Of a DNA stretch of 64,000 nt, positions 25,233 through 38,968 are shown in pieces. Position numbers and translations under genes: made by a program. The DNA is from Camelus ferus (taxonomy: Eukaryota). The stretch covers positions 14,510,001-14,574,000 of the forward strand of contig NC_045698.1 in NCBI RefSeq assembly GCF_009834535.1, read 5' to 3'. A model generated the notes under the pieces. The model did not search any database. It was not told the origin of the DNA and saw nothing but the letters and a program-made list of their open reading frames with translations. Position 1 is the first letter of the stretch. Each line of letters starts with the position of its first letter.

Positions 25233-28200
25233 GAATTAAAGCGTGTAACCAAGCAACTGAAAAAACATGTAAGAAAAACATGAAGGCAGGCTCTCAAGAA
25301 AAGATACTGACAGCAGTTTTCATTCACATATTACTTTACCTTATGAGAGAATACTTTAAAAAGTGCTTACATTTACTTTTAACAAATCCCCATCTCAGAA
25401 ATGAGAAAGCTGAGGCTCACTGCCTATAAGATCTGTATTGGGGGGCTTTTTAGAAAGAAAAAATCAGATATAACAATAAAATAATGGTGAGCATAGTGAA
25501 TAAAATTATGCATTACCAATCACATCACAGAGGGGGTCACAACTCAAATCCCACAAAGCCCCTACACGAACGTACTGCTGTTAAATGAAACAGTTTTTCA
25601 GAAACTTATTACTGTCAAATGAAATAAGAAAGGGCCCCCCTGCCATCTAGTCGATATGTACTAATAAATGTGTGACTGTGAGCCAATTATACAATCCCAT
25701 TCCACCATCTTACCTCCCTCTCAAGGATGTCTGGATGCGAAATGAGACTGCACTGCAAGCAACAACAAGCTCATTAACAAGAAAACACATCTATTAATTG
25801 CTTAATCGCAATGTTCAAAGACAAACGGGCAGGAAAATCTGTGCCTTGTAGACAATTACAATGTAAGAGAAAATACTGATGCCGAAAGTAAGTTGACAGG
25901 AAGATATCCGAATAAAGTCATCAAACCGATTAAGGAAAGATCAGTGAAGTCTCAATGCCTCCAGGCAGCAGGGCAAGACATTCTTCTTTTCCTTCTCAGT
26001 TTACTTTAGTCTTAGGAGTGAGGCTGCTTGGCTGTATATGTGGTGAGGGGAGCTCACGTGTCGCTGGGACAAAGACAGGAAAATACTTGACTGTGAAAAG
26101 AGCCCAAGAAAGAATCTGACAGGTGATCAGGCAGTAGTAAAAGCAATGAAGTAATTTGTACCATACTGAGACAACAGCTTTAAAAAAGTAAGAATTTATA
26201 AGGAAAAATAAGGCAATGTAAAGCGGATGGAATCATTAAGGGAAGAGACAGAAGGGATGAGACACGGTTAGCCTCCAGACTCAAGGACTTTTTCAGGGAA
26301 CGTTAAATCTCACTTTGGTTTATAGGACCCCTCTTCTCTGGAAGCAGAGAGAATGACAGCCATTCTTCGTGGTCTTTCATGCTCAGAAAACAAACCGACA
26401 AAGAAAAAACAAAAACTCATCTCTTACACACACCCTGAAGCTCTTACTTCTGATAAAAGTCCAGAAAGCATATATATTTTTTCTCTAAATGTGTACAATT
26501 ATTTTTCAGAAGATATTTGCTCTCTACTAATGTTGGAGGCTGTTTTGGAGTAACATTTTATAGGAAAATATTACTTATTGAAATTAGTTATCATATAATT
26601 GTCAAAAAGGAAGAGCACTTAAATGTTGATCTTTTTGTATTCATAGACTATGCTATGATGTCATACACTGTGCCAGAAATAAAAGGATAGAAGGGTTTGG
26701 TGGTGTCAGAAGGAACAACAACAAAAAAAAATCTAAAGGTCATTTTGAATTTCTTCACTCCTATTTTATCACTGAAATTTTAAAAACCTACACTACTTTG
26801 GAGATAGTTTTGTTTTTTTTTAAATACATACTACCCTGCCTTTCTCAAGACAAAAGGTTAAATTTTACTGTAATGTGATTCAAGTTCATATGCAATATAC
26901 ATCCCTGATAAATACGTAGAACTCACTGAATACTCTGGGATCTCTGCCTTTTTGCCTCTAATCTTTAGAATATACTGGTTTATTTTGTTTTAAATGAGAA
27001 TAATAAATGGAAAATCTTTTCATCTTAGTAATGAAAGAAAGTGTTTGATCCAGCAGGCATTGGAGTTCAAATGCAGAGATAAAAGATAAAACAGTAGATT
27101 ATTGAAGAGACGTTCTTGGGCTGAGTATTCATAGTAAGAAAAGACATGAAAGAGATGTAATATCAGTATATCAAGCATCAAGAATACACAAAGATTACAA
27201 GATATAATGACTTAGCTGTTTATCTAAAAATGTAATGGATGTTACTCTTTCATATGTAACACTCCATCGCAGATGTCCAATTTTCAAAAGATCTGTCAGA
27301 ATGCACCTGCTTAAAGCTAGAAAGAAGTTATACTGGATGACTATTAACACAGAACAAATAGTGGGGCATGTTTTTCCAACTCCATTTCTGATCCTTTAAG
27401 AAGCAATGAGCTAGAGACAATATAATAAGGCTTGAAATTGTGGTATGTAAAATTAAGATTTTACATTTTTACATGTAGCACCATGTGCACTGGTTTTCAT
27501 GGTTTTGAAGCAAGTGCCACAGTTGGCCAACGCCAAGCGAGTCAGGCTGACGTATCCTTCCAACATGGCTTCCCCGGTCCAGAAGAAGAAACAGTCAAGT
27601 CTGGCTCTAAAGAAAACTTGAGCTCTTATGTATTTTATATTTAGATGAGTGGTTTTCAAAGGGTAAGACAAAGATCCATGTAGGGGTCTTCTCACGTGAT
27701 CTCTTCTAAAGTTATTCTTACATTAGAAAATTTGTTTTTAAGTTGAGACGTTCATCTCATCATAGTACCTCTTACTAGCTACACATTAAAGGCAGCGGTC
27801 AACTTTTCCCTTTGGTATACACAACAAAAAAACAAACCAAAAAAATGAAACAAAATAAGAATCAGTGATTTTTGATACATACATTTTGTTATGATTTTTT
27901 GAATTTCATCCAGAGAAATCAAAGCCCCAGAGATTATTTCAAACAATATTGTTGCTAGGCAATTATAGAAACAAAAAAATTCAATTTCCCTATATAAAAG
28001 GCACTCAATTTTCTGATCATCAAGGCCAGCAGAATCATTACCTGTAATATCACTTCATAAAAGTATTTATGAAGGTATAATATCATTGTATTAATGTACC
28101 TATATTTTGTCAAAATATCATCCCTAGGTTGCTAATATATGTGAAACCAATCATGGATGAACTGTCTTGTACAGCCCTTCGTGTCATGGGCTTTCCCTGT

Positions 28201-28584
28201 GCATTGATGAGCCGACACTGCAAATTTCATAACTCCCATCGGTCTAGCTATACAAGGAGATCACTTTAAGAAGCTTTATGATTATTCATGGACCCTCTGG
28301 GGGCAGACATTTCAGAACTCGGACAGAAGAGCAGGAGAGAGGAGGTACTTAGAATTTGGAAAAAAAGGAAAAGGAGAAGAAGAGGAAGAATGAACAGTGT
28401 TTAAAACTGAAATACATATCTGAGCCGTTCAGAATATTATTTGGATTAGAGGGGCTTTTTCTTTGCAAAGAAAGCTTCTTTATTATAAAAGAGGATCAAG
28501 GTACTAAAAGGAAACTTATACTATCTCAAAGGACTTCTAAATCTTTTCATTTCGGAGGAAAAAAAGTTTTTCAAGTTCATTTCC

Positions 28585-28900
28585 ATTAAATCTTTGCTCA
28601 AATATCAACTCAATGAGTCTTTCCCTGACTATTCTATTTAAAATTGCAACTCTCAAGAAGACTTTACCCTAACTACCTCCTTATTTCTGATATTTATCCC
28701 CTTCTAACATACTATGCAAATTCCTTAAATTACTGTGTGTGTATATGTTGTATTTGTGCTGTTTATTTTCTGGCTCCCGCTACTCCAATATCAGCTACAT
28801 GAGGGCAGAGACCTGTCCATTATGTTCACTAAAATATCAGAAGCTTAGACTGTGCACAGTACAGAGAACAAATCCCATAAGTATTTGCTGAATGAACTAA
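28585..28900 (+). mobile_element. LINE-2 3' end
   Basis: tctttgctcaaatatcaactcaatgagtctttccctgac...catgagggcagagac...aagtatttgctgaatgaa. Confidence 0.75.
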
Positions 28901-31649
28901 TAAAAGCTTATGAAATGCTTTCCTAGTAAATATTTTATTTTCAGTATCAGCAACACCAACAGCAGCCTTCTGTTTATTTGAGCATCAAGGTGATATTACA
29001 AAGACAGATGCTTCATCTATAAATTTTTCTGAGTTCTTAAAGCTGTAGAACTGATACAACATCTGGCTTTTTGGAAATATTATTTCTGCTTGAAATGCTT
29101 GATGAGATGGAAGCAGAGACCATCTGACTGAGGCTAACTTTGTGGCTTTTTCAGCACACCTAATTATTTCTTCCTATCTTTTTTATTTTTTCAATATTAT
29201 AAACTTTATGAGTTCTCTGTTGGCTGGATGATATCACTATGCAATAGCTCAAAATATTTTTTGACCAGCTGATATATGAAAATTCAACTTGGTAAATGAA
29301 AGATACAATTTAGTAATGTTAGCATCTAATGGTCATGATGTGAAAGTCCACTGTGAAAATCTAGGATCCAATGTCTGTGGCCTGCCGTCTGCTTAGGCTC
29401 CTTCTAGATGGCTAGGAGTGAGATAACGTCTTTATTTTTTGGTGTTATTTTGCAACGCTATTGCAATTTGTATGCAGCCCTGGAAAGTATGGAACCCACT
29501 GAAGCAAACTTCCCTCAAGATGCCAAGTTGGTAATGAGAGCTCCTCACTTCTTTCGTAAAGATAAAGCCCAGCAGCTTAAGTTAACTAGAGGGCGGCTAT
29601 AAAATAAGCTGATAAAGTAGCCCTTGATCTTATTCAGCAACGTGGAGGGAGCAATTGCTGGATACTTAAGCCGCGTGCTGATATTGTCAAAAACTGTCAT
29701 GAAAAATGTTCCCCAATTTTCACAATAATGGCATCATTTACCCCACAGCATAGATGAGCAAGTAGAAGCTTATTCAGAGAAACAGAATTTTGAGAGGATC
29801 CAGATGGAACATATGGTTAACTAAAGGTTTTATCTCCACATGGATATAACATCCATGCCCCTTCCACAGTATCCTATTGCATTATGTTACCAAAAATACA
29901 CAATAAACATCTGTATGAATCAGTCCTGCCAGTGGTTAAACACACATAATTATCCTAATATTAGAATTTTATATATACAAATATGAATCTAATGTTCTTT
30001 ATATTGATGATATTTCTACAATTTATAATTTTTTATTATTCAGACATTTTTATTTCTAAATGTCTTCTTAGAATAAGCTGGAATTTATAAAATTGGATAA
30101 CACTAAACAAAATAATCTCTAGTTATGAATGCTAATGGGAAGGAGTCTGTTTATGTGAGCCTTTATGCTTTTTTTTTCCTAAATATACTACAAATAGTAA
30201 TGAGAGTTTTTCTTTTTAATTCATTTTTTCCTAATTATTGAAAGAAGGTCATATACAACAGGTACATGATTTATCTTGGCCTTTTGAGTCTCCATGAGAA
30301 CACATTCTTCTGTCCTTCGCGTATGAATAAGTTATAAGCTTCTCTATATTGCTTCTCCATTCAACAATTTAGGTTTGATTTTCCTCTCTTCCTTTTGGCA
30401 GCTCCCCTCTAAGTACTCTAGTATGTTCAAGATTCCAGTTTGCAGACAGGTGCTTGTCAGAAGAATGAGAATCTTCTGAGATTGCTTTTCAGTAAGACAG
30501 ATCTGTAACCTTATTATATTTTAGGTTTAATAGGGTGTTATACACCATCTCTTGTGCTTTAATTAAAATGCATTAATAAATCAAGTAAACTCCAAATTAT
30601 ATAAAAAGAGGTTATAATACCCCCAGGAACAAGTTCAGTAAGGACATAACAATATATATGCAGCACATGAATTTTACATCCCATTTAACTTATCTTCCTA
30701 ATTCACCCCGATCATACAGACAGCCTTTTATTAGAATGTTCTCTTCTGACTCACCTGGAAATCAGGCTGTTAGTCAGAAATTCTTCCTAATGTTTTGTCC
30801 TCAACCTTCATGCTCTTGGCAACAAAGTCTTTCTGGAACTGCTTATCGCTCAGCAATCAGCCATTACTACCTTAGCCAGGGTGATTCATTTCCGCGACTA
30901 TTTCCCGGCTCTTGAAAGCTGTAATTTGTCTTTTCGGGCGCTCCGGATCAGCTGGGCCCCAGGAGCGCCTGCATCCTTTCCTCCCTTCTCTGACAGGGCT
31001 GAAGATGGGAACGAAACCAGACAGGCTTCCCCATGCATACCGCTTATCCAGCCCCCTGCCCACCGTGATTAGCACTCTCTAGTTCTTAAAAATATTTTGG
31101 TCAATTTGCTTTTCTAAAATTTCGGTCTTTTTTTTTTTAGACACAGTGTGTTTAGCTCCTTGCTTCCATTGGCTATAAAGTTAATTTCTTATTTAAAAGA
31201 AAGTGTAACTACACTATTTTTATCAGAAGTTAAAGCAGCTCATCTACTTTGAAACAGTTTCCAGAAGGGTTTTGGAGAGAGTTTTAAATCCTTGATAAAG
31301 AACAAAACATTATAAATAATACATTAAAAAGAAGCATTTTAAAAATACAACATAAAGAAGGTTAAAGGCACTTTGTTATCTAATTACATACAGAGCTTTT
31401 ACTTTGAAATTTCACCTTCACTGATTTAAATTGAGGGCATTCTACTTACTTGGGATATTTTTAAACACATGTAGTTAAGTTCATCCAAACTATATATTAC
31501 ATTATTCCCACTGTGGGTACACTTCAGTCATATAACATCATTTAGACATTTTCTCACTTGACCCACGAGCTTCTTAGTCTACCCTTCAGTAAAGAATCAG
31601 AAAGTCTGTATAGGAGAGAGTTGGTGGTGGCACCCAGACTGGAGGATAA

Positions 31650-32075
31650 ACAACGGGGATGTGGGATGTCACGTGATTTGGCTGACATGACAATACACCT
31701 ATCTGATCTCCTACAGATGTGACTGGCGGCCTCAGTTTCTGCCCTATGAGACCCAGAACCCATCTGCGTGGAAGGTATGGTTCTCATAGCTGCTTCTAGG
31801 CAGTGACTGAATGTGGCAGGTGCTCATTGACTAAGATGGGTCATTCCTGGGAAACACTCCTCTGAGGAGGGACATTGGCTCAGGACTGCCTGATACACTT
31901 ACTAGAATTTTCTTAAAGCCCCTCTGCATTTCCTTCCTCTCTTTTCTTTAACCTCCATCATCATCCAAAGGCTATCCCAGACTTCTCCACTTCCGTTCCC
32001 GCTTCCCTGAATAAATGCACATCTAATTTCCTAACCTATTGATACTTACATCTTAGACAATTTAGACTAATGCAA
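31650..32075 (+). mobile_element. ERVL LTR (LTR16-like)
   Basis: 3' end aataaatgcacatctaatttcc...ttagactaatgca and internal ggcagtgactgaatgtggcagg resemble the LTR16 family. Confidence 0.5.
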
Positions 32076-32707
32076 GTGACTGGTTTTGGGGTTGTGTTAA
32101 TGTGTCACTTCACATAAGATTGAGAAACTATTGTTTGTGTCAAAAATGGGGGGGGGGGGGATAGTGTGGCTCTCTCCACCACACACCCGGACGCCAGTGG
32201 CATCCTCTATGAAAACAACTACCTGCCCTTGATCGTTTCATGTTTGTTCTCTTGGCTTTTCCAAACCTGATGTACCTTCTTTGAAACATTACACTCATCT
32301 GAAGGCAGCATTTCACAGATGAATTCAGCATAGCTTGAACATGAATGAGAGGTTATTTTCTCTTTCAATCACAATACCCTCGCTTAAAAGGTCTGATTTG
32401 ACCATACAGATCTTACACTTGCTTGGCTTGAAATTTAGTTCTTTTGTAAGAACTCCTAGTCTGCCACTGATATAACAGGCTTTGGAAACTGTATATTGCT
32501 CATTAACTGTGATTAGCATTACTTTAGCTGTATGGGAAAAAAGTCTACCTCACAATGAATTTTCTTGATTGGAAAACACCATCTTAAGATAAGGGAAAAC
32601 TATTTTTAGATATATGTAGCTAAAGGTTTATGCATCTGGAGTTCTACCTACATTATGTGGATATGCAGCAAGCCTCAGTTTTACATACAACTAGTGGCCA
32701 ATGTATC

Positions 32708-33115
32708 TTTATTTTATATATATATAAAATTTTACAGAATCTTTTCCATTTTAGGTTATTACAAGATACTGACTAGAGTTCTCTGTGCTATATAGTAGAT
32801 CCTTGTTGTTTATCTATTTCATATATAGTAGTGTATATCTGTTAACCCCAAACTCCCAAATTATCCCATCCCACCCTCTTTCCACCCTGGTAACCATAAG
32901 TTTGTTTTCTATGTCTGTGAGTCTATTTGTCTATTCCTGTTTTGTAAACAAGTTCATTTGTATCATTATTTTAGATACCACATATAAGTGACATCATATG
33001 GTATTTGTCTTTCTCTGTCTGGCTTACTTCACTCAGTATGATAATTTCTAGGTCTGTCCATATTGCAGCAAATGGCAATATTTCATTCTTTTCTATGGCT
33101 GAGTAATATTCCATC
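32708..33115 (-). mobile_element. LINE-1 3' end
   Basis: Reverse L1 3'UTR: ggttattacaagatactg...tggcttacttcactcagtatgataatttctagg...ggctgagtaatattcc. Confidence 0.9.
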
Positions 33116-33249
33116 CATTGATGTATCTTTAATTATAGGGTAGTAAACACATAAACAACTGATGGAAGCATGAGAAAAATGGCAGCCACTTAGCATTTCA
33201 AATCTTTCATAGTCCAAATAGCAACATTTAAGTAATGCTACAGGTTGAC

Positions 33250-34750
33250 TATCACAGCAGATAGGGAGGTAATGTCCTACCCTAAATACCAAATATAATT
33301 TACTTGCAAAATATGTCCTATATTGATTTAAAATAGGAATATCAACACATTCATCTTCTAACTAAAACATCAAAAATTCTTTTTTAAATAGAGAATTAAA
33401 AACATTACCCCTAAAATAAGTCTCAAATACAAATGGAATAAAAAATGACTGAGATGACTCAAAACATATTTAATGAAGATTAAGTTGAGCAATTCATTTA
33501 TAATGAATATTTATTAAAATTTTTAATAATTTAGACAGCATGTAGATGAAATCGAGAATAAGGGGGACTTTGCTTTATCAGCTATTAGAACACATTATCA
33601 ATTAAGTGAAAACCATGGTACTGGGGAAAAATGGTCATATCAGTAGACTAGATCAAAAGCTAGAGAAATAGGGTGAAACATTCCTAGATATGTAATATAG
33701 GCAATAAATATCTAACTCAATTTCAGGAAAAAGGAGCTAATTCACAAATAGTGTAGGATAACAGTTTAGATATTAAGAGAAAAAGTTACTATTTATCTAA
33801 CACATTTTTAGAAAAAAATTCCAGGTAGATCTAAACATATATCTTTTACAAATTATAGATGTTTAAGCATGACTCCTAAGGCAGAAGGAAACAGACTGAG
33901 CTATTTAGCAGTATATATTTATAAATAAAAATTAGAGAGAAAGAGGAGGAAAGGAGGCAGGTAAGATGCTACAAACACATCTCAGGTAATGGGTAAAAAT
34001 ACTTTCATTTTTTTGGCAAGGGACTAATAAATTCACAGTTAAAAACACATACACACACATAGTACAAATCAACACACACACCAATATTCCAATAGAAAAA
34101 TGTACAAAGAACAGAAATGATGCTTCAAAAAAATGTTAAACAAAATCATTGAAGATCAGTGCTTCCTATGTTATAGAAATTGTTCTAGTTACTGGAGATA
34201 GAATTTGAACAAAACAAAATAAACTTTCTACCATTGGATCTTACCTTAAATAGGGAAATCACATAATATAAAATTGGCCAATAAAATCTAGGCCAAATAA
34301 TTCGAAGTCTTCTATAATTACAGAAAAATATTTTGAATGACACTATTTCTTATCAGATGGTGAAGGATAAAATTTTCTAATTACAGCAAATGTTTTTTAT
34401 TTTGTAGGGGAACTCATTCTCATGCATTGTTGGTGTGAGGTTTTACTGGCATTAACTTTCTTGAGGGTAATTCAAAATGCTTAGAAAAATGTGTAACATT
34501 AAGTCAGGGAATACTATCTACAAGGTCAGAACGAGAGAAAATATTCATACATGTTCTCTAGGCTGTGTATTAAACATGCTACATAGTATTGCTTTTTAAG
34601 GTGCAAAATTACAAACAACCTAAATGTCCTGAAATATACTCTTAATCTGAAACTGATGTAATAGGTGCATTTTTTTTAAAATTAGGAGTTGGTACCAATA
34701 TATTTTTAGCAAAAAAGATTCAAATATCAGATTTCAGTACTAAACATTCA
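33250..34750 (+). mobile_element. Ancient L1 (L1M-type) ORF2 3' relic with an embedded L2 piece
   Basis: Decayed ORF2 motifs ggggactttgctttatcag, catggtactgggg, gggaactcattctcatgcattgttggtg and acaacctaaatgtcc, in the correct order. Confidence 0.6.
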
Positions 34751-36757
34751 GTGCGATCTCACTTTAATATGAACACATGTGCAAATATACACAAAACATT
34801 TGCATTCAAAAGCCTGATGTATTTGGAGTGATTTGTTAGCCATGTTTATATGCGTGCATCTATGCTGTCTAATAGTCATATAATTTTCACACTTTGCTTA
34901 TTTAATAAGGTCACAAAGGTTTTCATAAGAATTGCATCATATGTTGAGGCAATCTATAAAACAATCTAGAGATTAGAATTTGGCTTTCATGTGGAATCTA
35001 AAACATTTGGAAGCTCTACTGTGATAGCATTTTTGCCTTTTGAGATTTCATGTTGTTCTCACACTGGAAACAGCTAAAAGAACTACCTTCCTCTTAGTGC
35101 TTATTTTCTTTGTAAACTGTGGCCTTCAAAGACTTAGTATTTTTTGAAATTCCTTGTCCTGTCATCTGCTAAATTATGTGAAGAGAACCTCAGTGCCTAA
35201 GTGTATTAACAACTTTTATGAATCAGACTCAGCCTCAGCATGTTATTATACATTCACTAAACTTCAATGAGGAATATATATTAGTCCATTTTAGCAAGCA
35301 CAATCATTGTTCAACAGTTTTTTCTAAAACATTTCCTACTTAAATGTTTTTAAAAATAACTCAATTATTTTTAAGAACCATAATATTGAGTTTCTCAACA
35401 AAGTATATGCAATGTATTCCTGTAACACATTTTCATGAATAGTCATCTGTGGATAAAATGACCCAGTAAAATACTAATTTTCAGTCTTATAAAGGTCGAA
35501 TGTAGGTAATTATTCATAACCTTACTTACAGCTTGGAGTGAATGTTGTGGGAATATTAAGGAAATCAGTAATCATTGTTTTAAAAAAGTCAGTTCTATAA
35601 TATTGTACTGCTACATCATTAATAAACAGTAGTTTAGTATGAATAGTTTAGCATAAATGCAATCAACACAAAATTTTGAATTCATGATATTTAAATGATT
35701 GTAATTATAATAAATGACTAGATAAACAATAGAGTAAGGATTGAGCAATTAAATGCAGAAATCCAAAACCACCTATTCTTTCTCCAGCTTAGAAAGACAG
35801 CAGAGCTTCGTGGCTAAATTGCATCTCTAAAACTAAAAATTCAAGGTTAATCCTTGTTCTAGGGGGAATTAAAGGCAGGGCAACCTCTTCATGTTGGCAT
35901 AGTTTTCCTGAACATGTTTGGAGACTTATACCTGGGAATCCTGCCCTGAGTAAACATATTTGATATGTGAACGTGGACTCTCGGCCTTGGCGCTTTCTGC
36001 TCATCTGTTAGGTTGGCGTCATTCCTACTTACAATTTGGTTGGAATTCTGCCGCAGGGCTTAGGTGCCAAATGGCAAGATTTTTAAATAAGACAGTGCAT
36101 ACAATGCCTCCTGCTCTGGGTGGAATATCCTTTATACTGAATCCAAGCAATAGCATAAAGCCTGGTTTTATCCTTCATCACAACAGTTGGGCATGTGTTC
36201 AGGATGACACAATTAGCAGATTAAATATGCTAACATCATATTTCTATCTGTCAGGAAATCCTGCCATTTTTAAAGGTGATTGTTTTGAAAGTGATAAAAT
36301 TGTCACTGTTACTATTTTACACTTTACATACCTAAAGCTTCTATATACACCTGTGTAGGATTTTTTTTTTAATTAGGAAATACACAACAAGGACTGCAAA
36401 GATATCATTTGCCCTCCCACCCATAAGAATTGTAAATCTAAGATACACATTCTAAGATAGAATGATTTAAAATCATAATAGATTAACTATAAATAAATTC
36501 ATTTTAATATGTTTGTGCACTCAAATTCTAAGAAATTTAGAAGTTTCCTTATGGACAGAAAATGTATTTACAGAACAACTAAAAGTCAGTACCAATGGAA
36601 GAGAGTAATTACCTAAATATTTAGTTCTGCAATTCTCTTCATCAGTCTAACTTAATCACAAATTGTTCATTCATTCATTCACTCACTCTTTCATAAAACA
36701 AGTATGTCTAAAGTCATTGGTGTTATCAATTAAATAGAAGGACTTTAGTATGACATT

Positions 36758-36793
36758 TCAGTCAAATGCTCTACCACTGAGCTATACCGCCCA
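36758..36793 (-). pseudogene. Tailless retropseudogene of the 5' half of tRNA-Cys(GCA)
   Basis: Minus strand reads GGGCGGTATAGCTCAGTGGTAGAGCATTTGACTG, matching tRNA-Cys nt 1-33 with one difference in the 5' G-run. Flanked by 22-bp direct repeats at 36736-36757 and 36794-36815 (20/22 identical). Confidence 0.85.
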
Positions 36794-37026
36794 AGAAGGA
36801 CTTCAGTATGAAATTGAAGGACCCACTCCAAAAGCATTTTGTGCTAGTATAATACACAAAACATTAATCTGTATGTCATCAAACTCAGGAATGAAAAACC
36901 AATATGCATGTTAATTACTAAAAAGTAACTTAAAAGAACGAAGTCATTTTAAATCACAAGAAGATGTAAGCAGTGGATCTTGCATTAAGTATGATTTAGT
37001 CAAACTTAATACCCTCAACTAGATTA

Positions 37027-37244
37027 CAGGTAATCCCTGCTTTTCAAAAGTTCACTTTATGCCACTTCACTTTTACAAAAAAAAAGACCTACATGAGTGT
37101 CTGTTTCTGAAACAAAGAAATTTGAAGAGGATTTTCACTTTTTTTTATTTTGCAAAAAGGCGAGGATTGAAAATTCCTTTGTTTTACACTATTTCAGCTT
37201 GATTTCATAGAAACACTCTACTTTGAGATAGCAGGGGAAACCTG
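37027..37244. mobile_element. TcMar-Tigger non-autonomous element (Tigger9-like MITE)
   Basis: Imperfect TIRs caggtaatccctgct / agcaggggaaacctg; TA at 37025-37026 on the left; interior aaagttcactttatgccacttcacttttac. Confidence 0.75.
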
Positions 37245-38261
37245 AATTGCCATAATTGTTTGATAAGATATTAAACTAATTGTCAATAGAGTTCATTTAT
37301 ATTCTTATTGGAACCATGAGAACCATAAATATGTCGAGGGTGTCTACTTTGGTAAGAATGTGGTTTAATTTGGAAATATTTTTTCTTCCATGTACTGAGA
37401 ACAGATAACAAAGTCACCTTGATTTTATATTAATCTCACAAACCTGGTTAGATGAAAAAGCAAATGTACTGGAAATAAAGACATGAACTGGTGTATTTTG
37501 GCTTTTAATACTGAATTTATATTTTCTAGTTCAATAAGCTTATCAGTAAACAGCTTTCTTGCATCTAATCAAGCCTTTTCAATTTATTTTAAAGTGCATT
37601 ATTTGGGGTTATGTACATTGTGATCAAACTAGTTTAAATGAGAAAATATTAAAATATGGTATGTAGCCTATGCTCAATGAGTACTGCCAGAATGAATAAA
37701 CCAGAATAACAAAACACACCAGCAAAACATTTAGTACAAATGTAGCTCAAAGACTATTTTAAATGACGGTAAACCAAAAGTCTGAGGGAAATATGTCACT
37801 AATTAAATTCATGCCAAAGCCAAGCATGCATATTTGATAATCTAGTAAGTGAGGGAAATACACCTATGTATTCTTTCCCAAAGATAAGTGTTCAAATAAA
37901 TATCAAAGAGCATAATTAAGATAGACAGAAATCATAAACATTTATATCAGCTTGAATGTTCTTGTTTGGCCTATAGACACAACTTCCTTTTGAGAACTAT
38001 ATGCATAACTCTTAACATTCACTTCACCTACAGCAAAAGGAAAGCATAGGCAAACACAGGATACAGAGAACACGGCAGCACAATTTCTAATCTTAAATGG
38101 TTTTGGGGACAATGAAAATGAGCTTTTAGGTGAGACATAATTAGAAGGAAGACTAATCAAATGTACTCTGGATGCAGTGTCAGAGAAGCATCTGAACTAG
38201 ATATGTAAATACAAAATTAACATCCTCTCTCTCACACCTACTCAGGTTCCCCAATCACTCA

Positions 38262-38968
38262 CTATATATAGTGATTCTGTAATACATACATATTCCTTTT
38301 CATATTCTTCTTCATTATAGGCCATTACAAGGTATTTAATATAGTTTCCCATGCTACACAGTAGTAGAACCTTGTTGTTCATCTATTTTATATATAGGAG
38401 TTAGTATCTGCAAATCTTGAACTCCCAATTTATCCATCTATTCCTCCTTTCTCCCCTGGCAACCATAAGTTTGTTTTTTATGTCTGTGAGTCTGTTTCTG
38501 TTTTGTAAAACAGTTCGTTTGTGTCGTTTATTTAGATTCCACATATTAATGATACCATATGGTAATTTTCTTTCTCTTTCTGGCTTACTTCACTTAGAAT
38601 GACATTCTTCAGGTCCATCCATGTTGCTGCAAATGGCATTATTTTATTCTTTTTCATGGATGAGTAGAATTCCATTGTACATATACACCACAACTTTTTT
38701 ATCCAATCATCTGTCAATGGGCAATTAGGTTGCTTCCATGTTTTGGCTATTGTAAATAGTGCTGCTATGAACATTGGGGGTTCCTGTATCTTTTTGAATT
38801 AGAGTTTCCTTCAGATATGTGCACAGGAATGAGATTGCTGGATCATATGGTAAGTCTGTTTTTATTTTTTTTAAGGAATCTCCATACTGTTTTCCATTAT
38901 GCCTGCACCAAACTCATTCCCACCAACAGTGTAGGAGGGTTCCCTTTTCTCCACACCCTCTCCAGCAC
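38262..38968 (-). mobile_element. LINE-1 3' end (ORF2 C-terminus plus 3'UTR)
   Basis: ORF 38532-38774 (MFIAALFTIAKTWKQPNCPLTDDWIKKLW) is the L1 ORF2 C-terminus. Confidence 0.95.
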
